DNA of 64,000 nt from Bacteroidota bacterium (GCA_018970395.1 JAGWWM010000007.1:14839-78838), one strand, 5' to 3'; positions 9,824-20,424 are shown, numbered from the stretch's first letter. Numbers and translations are program-made. The notes: generated by a model not told the origin, from the sequence alone.

Positions 9824-10738
9824 ATGAAAACTCAATTATCTGTCATCGTACCCGTCCGCAACCAGGCGGAGCAGCTTATTCCCTTTTATTACGAACTAAT
9901 TAAATTCCTCCCCGAATCGCATGAAATTATCTGGGTCAATAATGCCAGTGAGGATGCGACGGATGCCGAAATCGAAGCCCTTAGTGTTCAGGATAATCGT
10001 ATGATAGGAATTAATCTGAAAAAACAATCCGGAACAGATGCAGCCGTTATGGCCGGACTCGATTATGCCACCGGAGAATACATCATCATCATGAAAGGAG
10101 ATATGCAGCATCCTCCTTCCATGATTGCTCCCATTTTATCAGCATTACAAAACGGATTCGATATCGTAAACACAAGCATCAGCAATAAAAAGCGTGTTCC
10201 TTTACTGACGAAATGGATGATGGACGGCTGTTATGCGCTACTGAAAAAATACCATGCCACTGAACTTATTGAAGACTTGAGCGAGTTAAGAGGCTTCAAA
10301 AAAAATGTAGTAAATGATATTCTCTTCATAAAAGAAAAATATTTTTTCCCGGGAAATTATTTCAACTGGACTTCTTATCGGTCAACTCAACTTCACTACA
10401 AAAGCAGAAATACTGATATCGAAAACATTCAATATACATTCTCCCATTTAAAAAAACTAAGTCGGGAGGTATTGCAGAAAGGATTACCGGGTTTCTTAAA
10501 AACAGGTTTGGTGTTGGGCAGTGTCATTTGTATCGCTTCTCTTTACTTTATTTTTACCTTTTTATACGCTTTTTCCAAAGGCAATCCGGTACCCCCAAGC
10601 GCATTGAGTCTTTCCGCACTGGTATTTGCAGGAGGATTACAAATAGTAGTCTATAGTTCTTACAAGAAAAAAATAAAGGAAGAATTATTCCGCTTATGCA
10701 GCAGTCATCATTATACAATAAAAAATATCATCCACTAG
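9824..10738 (+). CDS. GtrB/DPM-synthase-like GT2 protein with degenerate aspartate motifs
   Basis: GT2 layout (SVIVPV, EIIWV, GLDYATGEY, D.QHPP) with two C-terminal TM helices. VDDGS is replaced by VNNAS and DxD by KGD. Confidence 0.75.
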   Translation: MKTQLSVIVPVRNQAEQLIPFYYELIKFLPESHEIIWVNNASEDATDAEIEALSVQDNRMIGINLKKQSGTDAAVMAGLDYATGEYIIIMKGDMQHPPSMIAPILSALQNGFDIVNTSISNKKRVPLLTKWMMDGCYALLKKYHATELIEDLSELRGFKKNVVNDILFIKEKYFFPGNYFNWTSYRSTQLHYKSRNTDIENIQYTFSHLKKLSREVLQKGLPGFLKTGLVLGSVICIASLYFIFTFLYAFSKGNPVPPSALSLSALVFAGGLQIVVYSSYKKKIKEELFRLCSSHHYTIKNIIH

Positions 10739-11961
10739 TCGAAACGCAAAGCTTCTACCGGACGAATCCTTCTTACCAAAAAAGAGGGCAATAATAAAAC
10801 CAGGAAACAAACGAGAAGGGTTACGATATCAACCCACACGATCTGCCACCAGATTAGTTTAACCGGTGCTTCTCGTATGTAGTAGGCGGATTCATCTAAC
10901 CGTATGAATCCGGTTGCCTGTTGAATCAAAGCGATTGCCAACCCGAGCGCAGTACCCCATATTACCCCTTTGAATCCGATGCGAATGCCCTGTCTCCAAA
11001 AAACACTTTGTACTTGTACATCAGTAGCGCCAACCGCCTTCAGTAAACCAATCATTTTACTTCTCTCCAGTACCAGTATGAGCAGGCAGGAAACCAAATT
11101 GATGACAGCGACGATGCACATGATAATAATAATCATTCTTCGGTTGACATCCTGCAAATTCAGCCAGTCGAATAAATTGGGATAGAGTTGATCCAATGGC
11201 GTGGCAAACCAGGAAACGGGCAGTGCGTCCATCAACGATCCCGCTACCTTTGCTTCCTTTCCCTGATCATGCAAGCTTACTTCATATCCTGAAATAGAGA
11301 GACTATCTGCCCCACTTATCTTTTGAAGAAAAGAAAGCGGGATCCAGGCAAAGCTTCTGTCATATTCTTCAATTGCGGTTTTATAAATTCCGCTGACCTT
11401 AACCGGACGAACCCGAGAAGCATTGCCATCTTTAGACATAAAATAAACAAATGCTTTATCTCCTACCTTTAATTGTAAAATTCTGGCAGTATAAGCCGAG
11501 ATTACAATTTCAGGGGAACCCGTTTGAACTGACATCCATTTGCCATCTTGTAAAAAAGGGAGCATCCGTTCGACAGAAAAATTGACATCTACCCCTTTTA
11601 GAAAAAGGCCTTCGATGGAAGTATTGCTTTTGAGCAAGCCCGCTTTTAACGCATATGCATCCACCTGTTTTACATCCGGATGCTGAGCGATTATCTTATA
11701 AATTGAATCCGATGCTTTACCTGATATTTCTGCAGTAAAATTATCGGATGAGACCCCTTGTTCCTGTACTCTGATATTCCCCCAAAAATGATACACTTTT
11801 TTAGCAATCGCATCCTGAAATCCGGCTACAAAAGCCAGAGTCAGTATCATCACCGCTACACTAAAGGCAGTAGCAATTACAGATAATCTGGTTACAAAGG
11901 AAGATAATCCTACCTGCCCGGATCCCGCCAGCTTTTTTGCTATAAAAGAAACAATTTGCAA
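10735..11961 (-). CDS. LolC/E (FtsX-like) ABC transporter permease
   Basis: N-terminal TM, periplasmic domain, ILVLERSKMIGLLKAVGA and C-terminal RPVEALRFD. Confidence 0.88.
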   Translation of the reverse strand: MQIVSFIAKKLAGSGQVGLSSFVTRLSVIATAFSVAVMILTLAFVAGFQDAIAKKVYHFWGNIRVQEQGVSSDNFTAEISGKASDSIYKIIAQHPDVKQVDAYALKAGLLKSNTSIEGLFLKGVDVNFSVERMLPFLQDGKWMSVQTGSPEIVISAYTARILQLKVGDKAFVYFMSKDGNASRVRPVKVSGIYKTAIEEYDRSFAWIPLSFLQKISGADSLSISGYEVSLHDQGKEAKVAGSLMDALPVSWFATPLDQLYPNLFDWLNLQDVNRRMIIIIMCIVAVINLVSCLLILVLERSKMIGLLKAVGATDVQVQSVFWRQGIRIGFKGVIWGTALGLAIALIQQATGFIRLDESAYYIREAPVKLIWWQIVWVDIVTLLVCFLVLLLPSFLVRRIRPVEALRFD

Positions 11962-11967
11962 TCTGCT

Positions 11968-11975
11968 TACCTTTG
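11968..11975 (+). promoter_or_regulatory. -7 promoter element for the T9SS plug gene
   Basis: TACCTTTG 32 nt upstream of the ATG at 12008. Confidence 0.6.
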
Positions 11976-12007
11976 ATACATTGTAAAACTAATCAGTTTC
12001 CAGCAAC

Positions 12008-13303
12008 ATGCATATCAAATTTTCCGGCATCCTTCTAATTTTTATTTTCAGTAGCCTGTCAGCCTTTTGCCAGCTAAGTGACTTTATAGCAAATCCGAAT
12101 ATTCATTCTATCAAATTTCATCCTAACGGAGATCCGTTGAGTTATCCTATTATCCGCTTAGGCAGCAGCGACAGGCTTGAACTTCATTTTGATGATATGG
12201 ATGCCGATGTGAAATACTATTCCTACACCTTTGTATTGTGTAATGCCGACTGGACGATAGCAAATCTGAGTCAATTTGACTACATGAATGGATTTTCAAA
12301 CGTCAGGATCAATACGTATCGCAATTCTAATACAGCCCTAACCAGATACACACATTATACCTGCGAGGTACCCGGCAAAAACACTTACCCCACCCGGAGC
12401 GGTAATTACATATTAAAAGTATTTATCAATGGCGATACTACGCAACTGGCTTTTTCAAAACGTTTTCTCGTATTGGACAATCGCGCTTCTTCTAGTATAA
12501 AAATCCTACAACCCTTCAATACGCAGTTATTCAAATCCCATCAAAAAGTTCAGTTTACTGTCAATGTACAAACCCTGAGGCCCACCAATATATTTCAGCA
12601 GATTAAAGTAGTCATCTTGCAGAATTACCGCTGGAATCAGGCAATAGAAAATATTCGGCCTACTCTTGTTCGACAAAATATACTGGAATACAATACAGAG
12701 AATGAAAGTCTGTTTCCTGCACAAAAAGAATGGCGCTGGGTAAATCTGAGTAGTCTTAGGCTGCAAACAGACCGCATTGAGAAAGGAGAATATACCAATA
12801 CCGGACAAACTCTTTTCATCAAGCCCGACGGCGAACGAAACGGATTGAGATACATGTATTATCGGGACATGAATGGATTGTATCAGTTGAATGATATGGA
12901 AGGGAGAAATCCTTACTGGCAAGCTGATTATGCGACCGTTGTTTTTCGTTATTTACCGGCTGCAGGACAACCTTATCATGATAAAGATTTATACGTGTAT
13001 GGAGAGTTTACCAATTATGAATTAACGGATCGTTACAAAATGCGCTTCAATGATGTAACAGGCATGTATGAAGGAAGCATTTTCATGAAGCAGGGCAACT
13101 ATGATTATATGTATTTGATAAAAGACAGGAAAACAGGGAATGCTGAGGCGAGTGTTACGGAAGGCAACTGGTGGGAAACAGAAAATAATTACACCCTGTT
13201 GGTTTATTATAAACCATTAGGTGGAAGAGTGGAAGAATTAGTATCCGTAACACAGGTAAATTCACTGGCGAATAGACCCACAATCGAAACGCGACAATTT
13301 TAA
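12008..13303 (+). CDS. Type IX secretion system plug protein (DUF5103)
   Basis: LELHFDD, SNTALTRYTHY, TRSGNY, KQGNYDY, WETENNY motifs; signal peptide. Confidence 0.82.
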   Translation: MHIKFSGILLIFIFSSLSAFCQLSDFIANPNIHSIKFHPNGDPLSYPIIRLGSSDRLELHFDDMDADVKYYSYTFVLCNADWTIANLSQFDYMNGFSNVRINTYRNSNTALTRYTHYTCEVPGKNTYPTRSGNYILKVFINGDTTQLAFSKRFLVLDNRASSSIKILQPFNTQLFKSHQKVQFTVNVQTLRPTNIFQQIKVVILQNYRWNQAIENIRPTLVRQNILEYNTENESLFPAQKEWRWVNLSSLRLQTDRIEKGEYTNTGQTLFIKPDGERNGLRYMYYRDMNGLYQLNDMEGRNPYWQADYATVVFRYLPAAGQPYHDKDLYVYGEFTNYELTDRYKMRFNDVTGMYEGSIFMKQGNYDYMYLIKDRKTGNAEASVTEGNWWETENNYTLLVYYKPLGGRVEELVSVTQVNSLANRPTIETRQF

Positions 13304-13342
13304 AAAATTTTGTTCTTTTAAAATCCTAAGCCTTTCAATACC

Positions 13343-13350
13343 TATCTTTG
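13343..13350 (+). promoter_or_regulatory. -7 promoter element of the SRP RNA gene
   Basis: TATCTTTG directly upstream of the RNA 5' end. Confidence 0.75.
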
Positions 13351-13354
13351 CACC

Positions 13355-13449
13355 GGCAGGTCTTACACGACCAGCTCCTGCTGAACTCCCCCAGGGTGGG
13401 AACACAGCAAGGGTAAGCGGTTGTAGCGGTGCGATGGAAGTAACCTGCC
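13355..13449 (+). ncRNA. ffs: Small bacterial SRP RNA (4.5S)
   Basis: Ends GGCAGGT/ACCTGCC pair. Helix 8 reads CAGG-GTG-GGAA-CAC-AGCA (GNRA loop with the conserved symmetric bulge). Followed by a T run. Confidence 0.93.
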
Positions 13450-13480
13450 TTTTTTACCTATCTATCAAGCAAGTTTACCA

Positions 13481-14134
13481 ATGAAATTTTTTATTGATAC
13501 AGCCAATCTTTCACAAATCAAAGAAGCAAACGATTTGGGCATTCTGGATGGTGTGACAACCAATCCCTCGTTAATGGCAAAGGAAGGCATCAAAGGTGAA
13601 TCTGCTGTTTTTCAGCATTACAAAACGATCTGTGAGCTGGTAAATGGAGACATCAGCGCGGAGGTATTGAGCACTGATTTTGAAGGCATGGTTGAGGAAG
13701 GGAAAAAGCTGGCAGCCATTCATCCCAACATAGTGGTGAAGGTACCGATGATCAAGGAGGGAGTAAAGGCGTTAAAGTGGTTTACAGACAATGGCATCAA
13801 AACCAATTGTACATTGGTATTTAGTGCTGGTCAGGCTATATTGGCTGCTAAGGCAGGCGCTACCTATGTATCTCCTTTTATAGGAAGAATTGATGACAGC
13901 GGCTGGGATGGAATGCTGCTGATAAAGCAAATTGCGAATATTTATCAATTACAAGGTTTCAAAACGCAAATATTAGCAGCATCTATCAGAAATGCCAATC
14001 ATATTATTGCCGCAGCAGAAGCAGGCGCCCATGTCTGTACCTGTCCCTTAGATTCAATATTAGGATTGCTAAAGCATCCACTGACTGATATCGGGTTAGC
14101 CAAATTTCTTGAAGACGCGAAGAAATTTGCTTAG
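13481..14134 (+). CDS. fsa: Fructose-6-phosphate aldolase / transaldolase
   Basis: [31 protein letters not shown]. Confidence 0.95.
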   Translation: MKFFIDTANLSQIKEANDLGILDGVTTNPSLMAKEGIKGESAVFQHYKTICELVNGDISAEVLSTDFEGMVEEGKKLAAIHPNIVVKVPMIKEGVKALKWFTDNGIKTNCTLVFSAGQAILAAKAGATYVSPFIGRIDDSGWDGMLLIKQIANIYQLQGFKTQILAASIRNANHIIAAAEAGAHVCTCPLDSILGLLKHPLTDIGLAKFLEDAKKFA

Positions 14135-14874
14135 TCTTTGACACAACGAACAGAAAGACCGTTACGTTTATCCAGGTTCACCCCATCTACTCCGGCATTA
14201 TCTGCATAAATTGTTCTGGACCAGGCAAAGTTGCCGGTGTAGGACGATGAAGTCCACCACATTGCAACCGTTCCGATAGCATTAAAATTACCTTTCTCTG
14301 TTCTATAACCACCGGGTAAAGCATCAAAGCCGCTTTTAGGATGATTAGCAGAAACGGTTGAGTCACCCCAATTAAATCCAGCCCTTTTTAATTGATCCCC
14401 AACTTTGGCATCTATACCTCTTTCTTCAAACTCATCTATTTCATTAGCAGGCATTCCCAGATACTTTTCCAGTTTCTTCCATTCAGAATCAGTAGGAACA
14501 TGCCAACCCACAGGGCAAATTAACTGTTTATCGGACAGTGCATACCAATTATAAAGTTTCCCATATATTTTTTCAAAGGTAGCATCTAGCTGATAGTAAC
14601 AAAAGCCGGGGGCATCAGTGAAAGACCATTTTGCGCTATCTGAAACTAATGGTATTGGTATCCCATTTCTGAATCTGGAAACTCTTAAATTTTCCGCCAT
14701 CCATATTTGATTACCTATTTTAAAGGTTTGATATCGATTGGAATCAATATCGTATACCTCACCCTTTATATCGTTTTTTACATTTACTTGTGCAAAACAT
14801 TGGTTAAGTAAAAGGGTAAGAAAAAATAACAAACCCGGGATTAAACCGGGTTTGACAAAAAATGTAATCTTCAT
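14131..14874 (-). CDS. Secreted FISUMP (Fibrobacter succinogenes major paralogous) domain protein
   Basis: [52 protein letters not shown]. Signal peptide from MKITFF at 14874. Confidence 0.88.
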   Translation of the reverse strand: MKITFFVKPGLIPGLLFFLTLLLNQCFAQVNVKNDIKGEVYDIDSNRYQTFKIGNQIWMAENLRVSRFRNGIPIPLVSDSAKWSFTDAPGFCYYQLDATFEKIYGKLYNWYALSDKQLICPVGWHVPTDSEWKKLEKYLGMPANEIDEFEERGIDAKVGDQLKRAGFNWGDSTVSANHPKSGFDALPGGYRTEKGNFNAIGTVAMWWTSSSYTGNFAWSRTIYADNAGVDGVNLDKRNGLSVRCVKD

Positions 14875-14881
14875 TCGATAA

Positions 14882-17299
14882 CTAACTTTTATTAAATAGT
14901 CTTTGAAAGAATTTCTTCTTTTTGAGTTCTGTATCTCCGTAACCGTATCCATAGCCATAGCCGTATCCGTATCCGTATCCGTAACCGTAACCTTTACCTC
15001 CCAATTCCACGCCATTCACCAAAACAGCCATATTATTAATTTTTTTCTCTTTAAAAAGATTGATACCAATATCAAGCATCCGTTTATCCAATTTATTAGC
15101 TCTCACTACATAAATAAATACATCGGATTTTGAAGTAATCATAATTGTATCCGTTACAAGACCTATTGGAGCAGTGTCAACTACAATAAAATCAAAACGT
15201 TGTCTAAGTAAATCAAATAATTCATCCAATCTGTTTCTCAATAATAATTCAGCAGGATTTGGGGGAATAGGGCCGGAAGCAATGAAGGAAAAATTAGCAT
15301 TATTGGGGTCAATATGAATTAGTTCATCAATACTCAGGTTGGCATCTGAAAGAAAATTAGATACTCCTTTTTTAGAATCAGAAATATTGAGATATTGTAA
15401 AACCTTTGGAGATCTTAGATCCAGCCCTAGCAATAAAGTTTTTTTCCCGGAAAGAGCCAATGTTTGTGCCAAATTAATGGAAGTAAAGGTTTTGCCTTCC
15501 TGGGCAATGGTGGATGTTACAAAAATTATTTTCCCGTCATTTTTAGTCGTATCTAACATAAAGTTAATATTGGTACGCAGCAGACGGTATGCTTCTGCTA
15601 TGCCGGTTCTTACACCATGGCCTACCACTACTTTTTTATCAGAAGTAACTTTAGCCAAGGGTATTTCTCCAATTACCGGTAGCCCAATTTTTTCAACATC
15701 TTTTCGACCATGAATTTTATTATCTAAAATGTCTCTGACATATAAAATAAGAGCAGGAACGACCAAACCAACCAACAATGCTCCCAAAAGAATAATTGTT
15801 TTTTTAGGTGCGACGGGTTTTCTTTCGCTGAATGCATAGTCTACTACTTTTGTGTTGGCAACAGAAGCAGCAAGTGTAATCTCATTTTCTTCTCTTTTTT
15901 GGAGAAGAAACAAATAAAGGGTTTCTTTTATCTGTTGTTGCCTCATTATGTTCCTGTATTCTTTCTCATATTGTGGAATAGAAGCAATCCGAGATTGATA
16001 CTCTCGTTCCTTGAGGTTTAGATTATTAAGCTGAAGTTGTAGCAACGACTTCATATTTTTTAAGCTTTCACGAAGACTGGATTTTAGACCGGATAATTGT
16101 CCTTCTATTTTTTGAATAACAGGACTCTTCTCACTTGAATTTTGCAACAATTTTTTACGCTCAAGAATCAGCTGATTAAACTGGTTTGTCATGAGTAAAA
16201 CAGATTGATCAGAAATTCCCAAATTGGCCGGGAGCAACTCATCGTAGCCATTTCGCTTGGCGATGTAGTCATTTAAATAATCAGCCAAACTCAATTGAAT
16301 ATTGGCTTCTGTAATTGCCTTGTCGGTTTCACCTTCTTTTTTAAGATAAACGGCAGCATCTGATGCTACATCTACTAGTTTATACTTAGTTTTATATTGT
16401 TGTCCCTCTGACTCAACATCGGCTAATTCATCAACAATATATTTCATTCTTTCGTTGATAAACTTGCTGGTAATGCTGGCAACTTCATTTTTATCAGTAA
16501 TGGTTGAAGTCTTATGTTGATTAATCAGCTCATTAAGGATAGCATGATTTTTATCAATATTTGTTCCTTTTAATCCAAGTTGAATAATAGTAGCTTCTTT
16601 TTTTATTAAATCAATTTTTAAGCTAGATTGTAAATTATCCACTACCTCGTACAAGGGTACAATATTTACATAAACTGTATTCCCGAACCAACTGCTGGAG
16701 AATTGATTCGATTTTTTAATGTTAATCTTACCTGTGGTAAGATTAACCGATTGGTCAAATGAAAAATCGCCAATTGATCTACGATTCTCTTTATCATAAA
16801 TAGAAATCTTGTAATTATCGATTATTCTAATCTCTAAAGACTCTTTCATTTCATAAAAAAGACTGTCGGTTTTATTGGCAGATTCAATTACAAGGGGAGC
16901 GTTTAGGTATAAAACCTGAGTTTTAATATTAATATTAGTCCCGTCAAAAGATTGGGTTACATTAAGATTTAATTTCTTGGCAGTATTTTCAATGAGGGTT
17001 CTGGATTTGAAAATTTCCAGTTCATTATCTACGTTAGCAGATACCCCCCCCATTACGCCAATCAAATCCTTTAACACTCCTAGTCCCGCTAAAGATCCTG
17101 TTTTTTGATCCTCTTTAATGAGTACGCTTGCGTTGGATTGATAGACCGGAGTTTTATTTATCAGGTAAAAAAAAGCCGCTGTAACGGAAATGATCAAACA
17201 AATTAAAAACCACTTCCAGTGAAACAGATACTTATCTACAATCTCCCTAAGATTCATCTCCTGATCATCGAGCAAATTATTGTTTTTAAGGTTGTCCAT
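14882..17299 (-). CDS. wzc: Wzc-type polysaccharide co-polymerase / BY-kinase
   Basis: Two TM segments, coiled coil, AEAYRLLRTN, Walker A EGKT, VDTAP, C-terminal (GY)9 cluster. Confidence 0.95.
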   Translation of the reverse strand: MDNLKNNNLLDDQEMNLREIVDKYLFHWKWFLICLIISVTAAFFYLINKTPVYQSNASVLIKEDQKTGSLAGLGVLKDLIGVMGGVSANVDNELEIFKSRTLIENTAKKLNLNVTQSFDGTNINIKTQVLYLNAPLVIESANKTDSLFYEMKESLEIRIIDNYKISIYDKENRRSIGDFSFDQSVNLTTGKINIKKSNQFSSSWFGNTVYVNIVPLYEVVDNLQSSLKIDLIKKEATIIQLGLKGTNIDKNHAILNELINQHKTSTITDKNEVASITSKFINERMKYIVDELADVESEGQQYKTKYKLVDVASDAAVYLKKEGETDKAITEANIQLSLADYLNDYIAKRNGYDELLPANLGISDQSVLLMTNQFNQLILERKKLLQNSSEKSPVIQKIEGQLSGLKSSLRESLKNMKSLLQLQLNNLNLKEREYQSRIASIPQYEKEYRNIMRQQQIKETLYLFLLQKREENEITLAASVANTKVVDYAFSERKPVAPKKTIILLGALLVGLVVPALILYVRDILDNKIHGRKDVEKIGLPVIGEIPLAKVTSDKKVVVGHGVRTGIAEAYRLLRTNINFMLDTTKNDGKIIFVTSTIAQEGKTFTSINLAQTLALSGKKTLLLGLDLRSPKVLQYLNISDSKKGVSNFLSDANLSIDELIHIDPNNANFSFIASGPIPPNPAELLLRNRLDELFDLLRQRFDFIVVDTAPIGLVTDTIMITSKSDVFIYVVRANKLDKRMLDIGINLFKEKKINNMAVLVNGVELGGKGYGYGYGYGYGYGYGYGYGDTELKKKKFFQRLFNKS
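14938..14994 (-). repeat. 6-bp GGNTAY tandem encoding the Wzc (GY)9 tyrosine cluster
   Basis: ggt tac ggt tac gga tac gga tac gga tac ggc tat ggc tat gga tac ggt tac. Confidence 0.9.
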
Positions 17300-18078
17300 T
17301 ATTGCCTGGTAATTAGAGTGATGGTGGTAATTATCAAAGAAGTAACAGAAATGATAATTGATGCCGTTTTGCCAACTAAAGTGGATTCATATCGGGCTGT
17401 CGGATTGGGCTCAACATAAACAACATCATTCTGTGTAAGATAATATACCGAAGAATTAAAAATATCCTTACTTGTTAAATCAATCCTATATTCTTTTTTG
17501 ATACCATTTACATCTCTAACTACTAAAATATTCTTTCGTACACCGGTAGGCTTGAGATCTCCAGCCAAACCGATTGCTTCCAAAATTGTAATTCTTTCGT
17601 TGGGAATTTTGAAGGTTCCTGGATTTTTTACCTCTCCTAAAACAGTAATCTTATAATTTTGAATTTGAATTTGAACAACGGGATTCTTCAAGTAATCGTT
17701 TAATCTTTTTTCTATCAATGCAACCGCCTGCATACGGGATAATCCGGCAACTTTTATCAAACCCAGAATTGGCAATTTAATTTCTCCCTTCTCATCTACC
17801 AGATACCCAAAAGCAGCAGGATTACCAATCAGATAGCCGTTATTAAAAGTTGAATTACCGGACAGGGGCAAATTGAATGGAGCAGCAGATTCCACATCAT
17901 CACAAGTAACCGTCACAGATAAAAAATCATCGGTTTTAATGAAAGGAGTGTAATTTTTATTGAGTGAGGATGAGTCAGCACTACCAGCTGTTTGAAAATA
18001 AACTAGATTTTCACGAGTTTTACAGGAAAAAAAAAGAAAAAAAGATAGGAAAACGAGTGTAAACTTATAAGAATTCAT
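17299..18078 (-). CDS. wza: Wza-type polysaccharide export lipoprotein
   Basis: Lipobox FFFSC, GEIKLPILG, ITVLGEV, LEAIGLAGDL, DVVYVEPN. Confidence 0.95.
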   Translation of the reverse strand: MNSYKFTLVFLSFFLFFSCKTRENLVYFQTAGSADSSSLNKNYTPFIKTDDFLSVTVTCDDVESAAPFNLPLSGNSTFNNGYLIGNPAAFGYLVDEKGEIKLPILGLIKVAGLSRMQAVALIEKRLNDYLKNPVVQIQIQNYKITVLGEVKNPGTFKIPNERITILEAIGLAGDLKPTGVRKNILVVRDVNGIKKEYRIDLTSKDIFNSSVYYLTQNDVVYVEPNPTARYESTLVGKTASIIISVTSLIITTITLITRQ

Positions 18079-18093
18079 AAATTATCTAAAGTG

Positions 18094-18101
18094 CAAAAGT
18101 A
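18094..18101 (-). promoter_or_regulatory. Internal -7 promoter for wza-wzc-FISUMP
   Basis: TACTTTTG 15 nt upstream of the wza ATG. Confidence 0.65.
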
Positions 18102-18125
18102 GCGTAAAAAGGCGAGACAATCCCA

Positions 18126-19526
18126 TTAATAGGCATTTTTTTCCCCTTTGAACATGTTGTAAATAGTTAGAAGTAAAATCTTTAAATCCAAAAGAAAGCT
18201 CCAATTTTCAATATACCAAATATCATGTTCAATTCTATTTTGCATATCTGAAAGAGATTTGGTTTCACCCCTGAAACCATTTACCTGAGCCCATCCGGTG
18301 ATGCCGGGTTTTGTAAAATGTCGCAATTTATACGTGCTAATAAGCTGAAGAAATTGATCATCTAATTGAATAGGATGCGGTCTAGGCCCCACAATAGACA
18401 TTTGACCGAAAAAGACATTAAAAAACTGAGGCAATTCATCTAGGTTCGATTTTCTGAGAAAAGCACCAATTTTAGTAACTCTGAAATCATTTTGTGTTGC
18501 TTGAACAAAAATTTCGTCATGAACTCGCATCGAACGAAATTTATAACATGTGAAATGAAGATTGTTCTCACCGGAACGAATCTGTTTAAAAAATGCAGGC
18601 CCCTTAGAGCTTAATTTAACAGCAATGATTAAAATAGGGAAAAGCCATGAAAAAATAAATAATATTATGAAAAGTGAGAATATAATATCAAAAAGACGTT
18701 TTACCAATTTATTGGTTACATACTCCAGAGGCTCATGGCGCAATGAAATAACAGGAAGGTTATCATAATAACTGATTTGAACTCTTGAAGATCCGGAGTA
18801 ATTAGTAAGATCCGGGATTAATCTAATTCTGCAGGAATATTGATTAGCCAATTGATTTAAATGGTCTATGATCGAAGAATTATCTCTATCTAGAGAAATA
18901 AAAATTTCATGAACTATATTAGTGGCAAGAAATGATTCGATTTTTTCAATGCCACCGCCAAAATTTTCAGGCTTAGGCAGTTCATTACTTTGAGAGTCGG
19001 AATCAAAATAAGATAATATTCTATATCCTAGACCCAAATCGGCTTTTAAAATATCGCCAATTTTATACCCATTTTTATTCAGGCCTACAATGATTACGTT
19101 TCTGAAATTAAATCCTTTTTTTCGTAGGCGTTTAATTGTTAAAAAAGAAAATATCCTTATTAGAAAAAGCGAAATAAATAGAAAAAGGAAAAAATAGATC
19201 ATCCTAATGGGAGAAATGTCATCATATTGTAAAAGAACGACAAGCGTAGAAACGATACCAATATAAAGGATAAATATTTTAACAGATTTATTTAAAATAG
19301 ATTCAATTTTTTCAAATCTGAAAAATTGATACGGATTTGAATTCAAAACAAAAAATATCCAAACTAAATTTACAAAAAGCCAAACAGTTCTTGGCTCGTT
19401 TCTAAACAAACGGTCAAGGTTTCCGTAATAGAATAAAAACGATAATGGGTAAATTAAATTTATAAAGCATAAATCAATTAAAAAGAGAAAAGGCTTAATG
19501 TATATTGAATATCTTAAAGATTTCAT
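18126..19526 (-). CDS. wcaJ: Undecaprenyl-phosphate glucose phosphotransferase (WcaJ type, initiating)
   Basis: KRLFDI, YKFRSM, LDELPQFFNV, SIVGPRP, KPGITGWAQV, DIWYIENWS. Confidence 0.92.
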   Translation of the reverse strand: MKSLRYSIYIKPFLFLIDLCFINLIYPLSFLFYYGNLDRLFRNEPRTVWLFVNLVWIFFVLNSNPYQFFRFEKIESILNKSVKIFILYIGIVSTLVVLLQYDDISPIRMIYFFLFLFISLFLIRIFSFLTIKRLRKKGFNFRNVIIVGLNKNGYKIGDILKADLGLGYRILSYFDSDSQSNELPKPENFGGGIEKIESFLATNIVHEIFISLDRDNSSIIDHLNQLANQYSCRIRLIPDLTNYSGSSRVQISYYDNLPVISLRHEPLEYVTNKLVKRLFDIIFSLFIILFIFSWLFPILIIAVKLSSKGPAFFKQIRSGENNLHFTCYKFRSMRVHDEIFVQATQNDFRVTKIGAFLRKSNLDELPQFFNVFFGQMSIVGPRPHPIQLDDQFLQLISTYKLRHFTKPGITGWAQVNGFRGETKSLSDMQNRIEHDIWYIENWSFLLDLKILLLTIYNMFKGEKNAY

Positions 19527-19606
19527 ATTAATTAATGCAAGACACTATGAGGCGTCTAGTTCATGAATCAGTAAATTTAAGATAAATTTGAAAAATTACT
19601 TAAAAC

Positions 19607-20380
19607 TTATGAGGAGGAATGCACACTTCGAATTCTGGATCGAAGGAAATTTAATAAAAGCAGACAAATAAATAAAGAATTGGTTATAAAATAGCGCCTG
19701 AATAACCGTTTGGGTTCCTGAAACAATCTGAATAACCATTCGAGGCTCATTTCTTGCATCCATTGGGGGGCCCTTTTTTGCATTCCAATCACAACAGGAA
19801 GTGCGCCACCAACTCCTATCATGCAAGCATTTATTTTTCCTTTCATCTTAGCCATCCATTTTTCTTGCTTCGGACATCCCAATACCACAAAAACTAATTG
19901 CGCGCCAGACTGATTAATTGTGTTGATTATCTCAATTTCTTCATCATTAGTTAAAGAACGAAATGGAGGACTGTAATAATAATGATTTGTAATTCCGGGA
20001 TATTGAGATGAGATGTGATTTTTTGTTAAGGAAAGCATTTCAACGGTACCTCCAAAAACAAACACAGATAAGTCTAAAGAAGCTGCCTTTTTTAATAAAT
20101 CAGGCAATAAATCAAAACCGGTTGCTCTTTCATGTTTAAGGCCAAATAAAAATTTAATAGACTTAACAAGAGCCATTCCATCAGCAGCAACAACATCAGC
20201 ATTATTCACCTTAGACGCAAAATCGGCATCTAAATAGGCTTCTATAGTCATATGCACATTAGCCAGACACACATAAGACGATTGTCGATTTTTGGAAAAA
20301 TCTATGATTTTATTTAAAATATTTTGATAAGACAGATTATTAATATTTAAAGATATTAATTGGAATTTATCTGATTTCAT
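19607..20380 (-). CDS. WecB/TagA/CpsF (GT26) glycosyltransferase
   Basis: ADGM, LGCPKQEKW, GVGG, RAPQWMQ..SLEWLFRLFQEPKRL.RRY. Confidence 0.92.
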   Translation of the reverse strand: MKSDKFQLISLNINNLSYQNILNKIIDFSKNRQSSYVCLANVHMTIEAYLDADFASKVNNADVVAADGMALVKSIKFLFGLKHERATGFDLLPDLLKKAASLDLSVFVFGGTVEMLSLTKNHISSQYPGITNHYYYSPPFRSLTNDEEIEIINTINQSGAQLVFVVLGCPKQEKWMAKMKGKINACMIGVGGALPVVIGMQKRAPQWMQEMSLEWLFRLFQEPKRLFRRYFITNSLFICLLLLNFLRSRIRSVHSSS

Positions 20381-20424
20381 AACGAATGCAAAGGATAATT
20401 TAGAAAGCAAGCGTAAATTGTATA

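Noticed and set aside
14875-15015. N-terminal extension of the FISUMP ORF (TVTDTDTDTAMAMD)
   Set aside because: It is an alternative-frame reading of the wzc GY repeat; the signal peptide begins at 14874.
18027-18035. A9 tracts in wza and pgl (28958-28966) as phase-variation sites
   Set aside because: Such runs are expected in AT-rich DNA encoding Phe/Lys, and both frames are intact.
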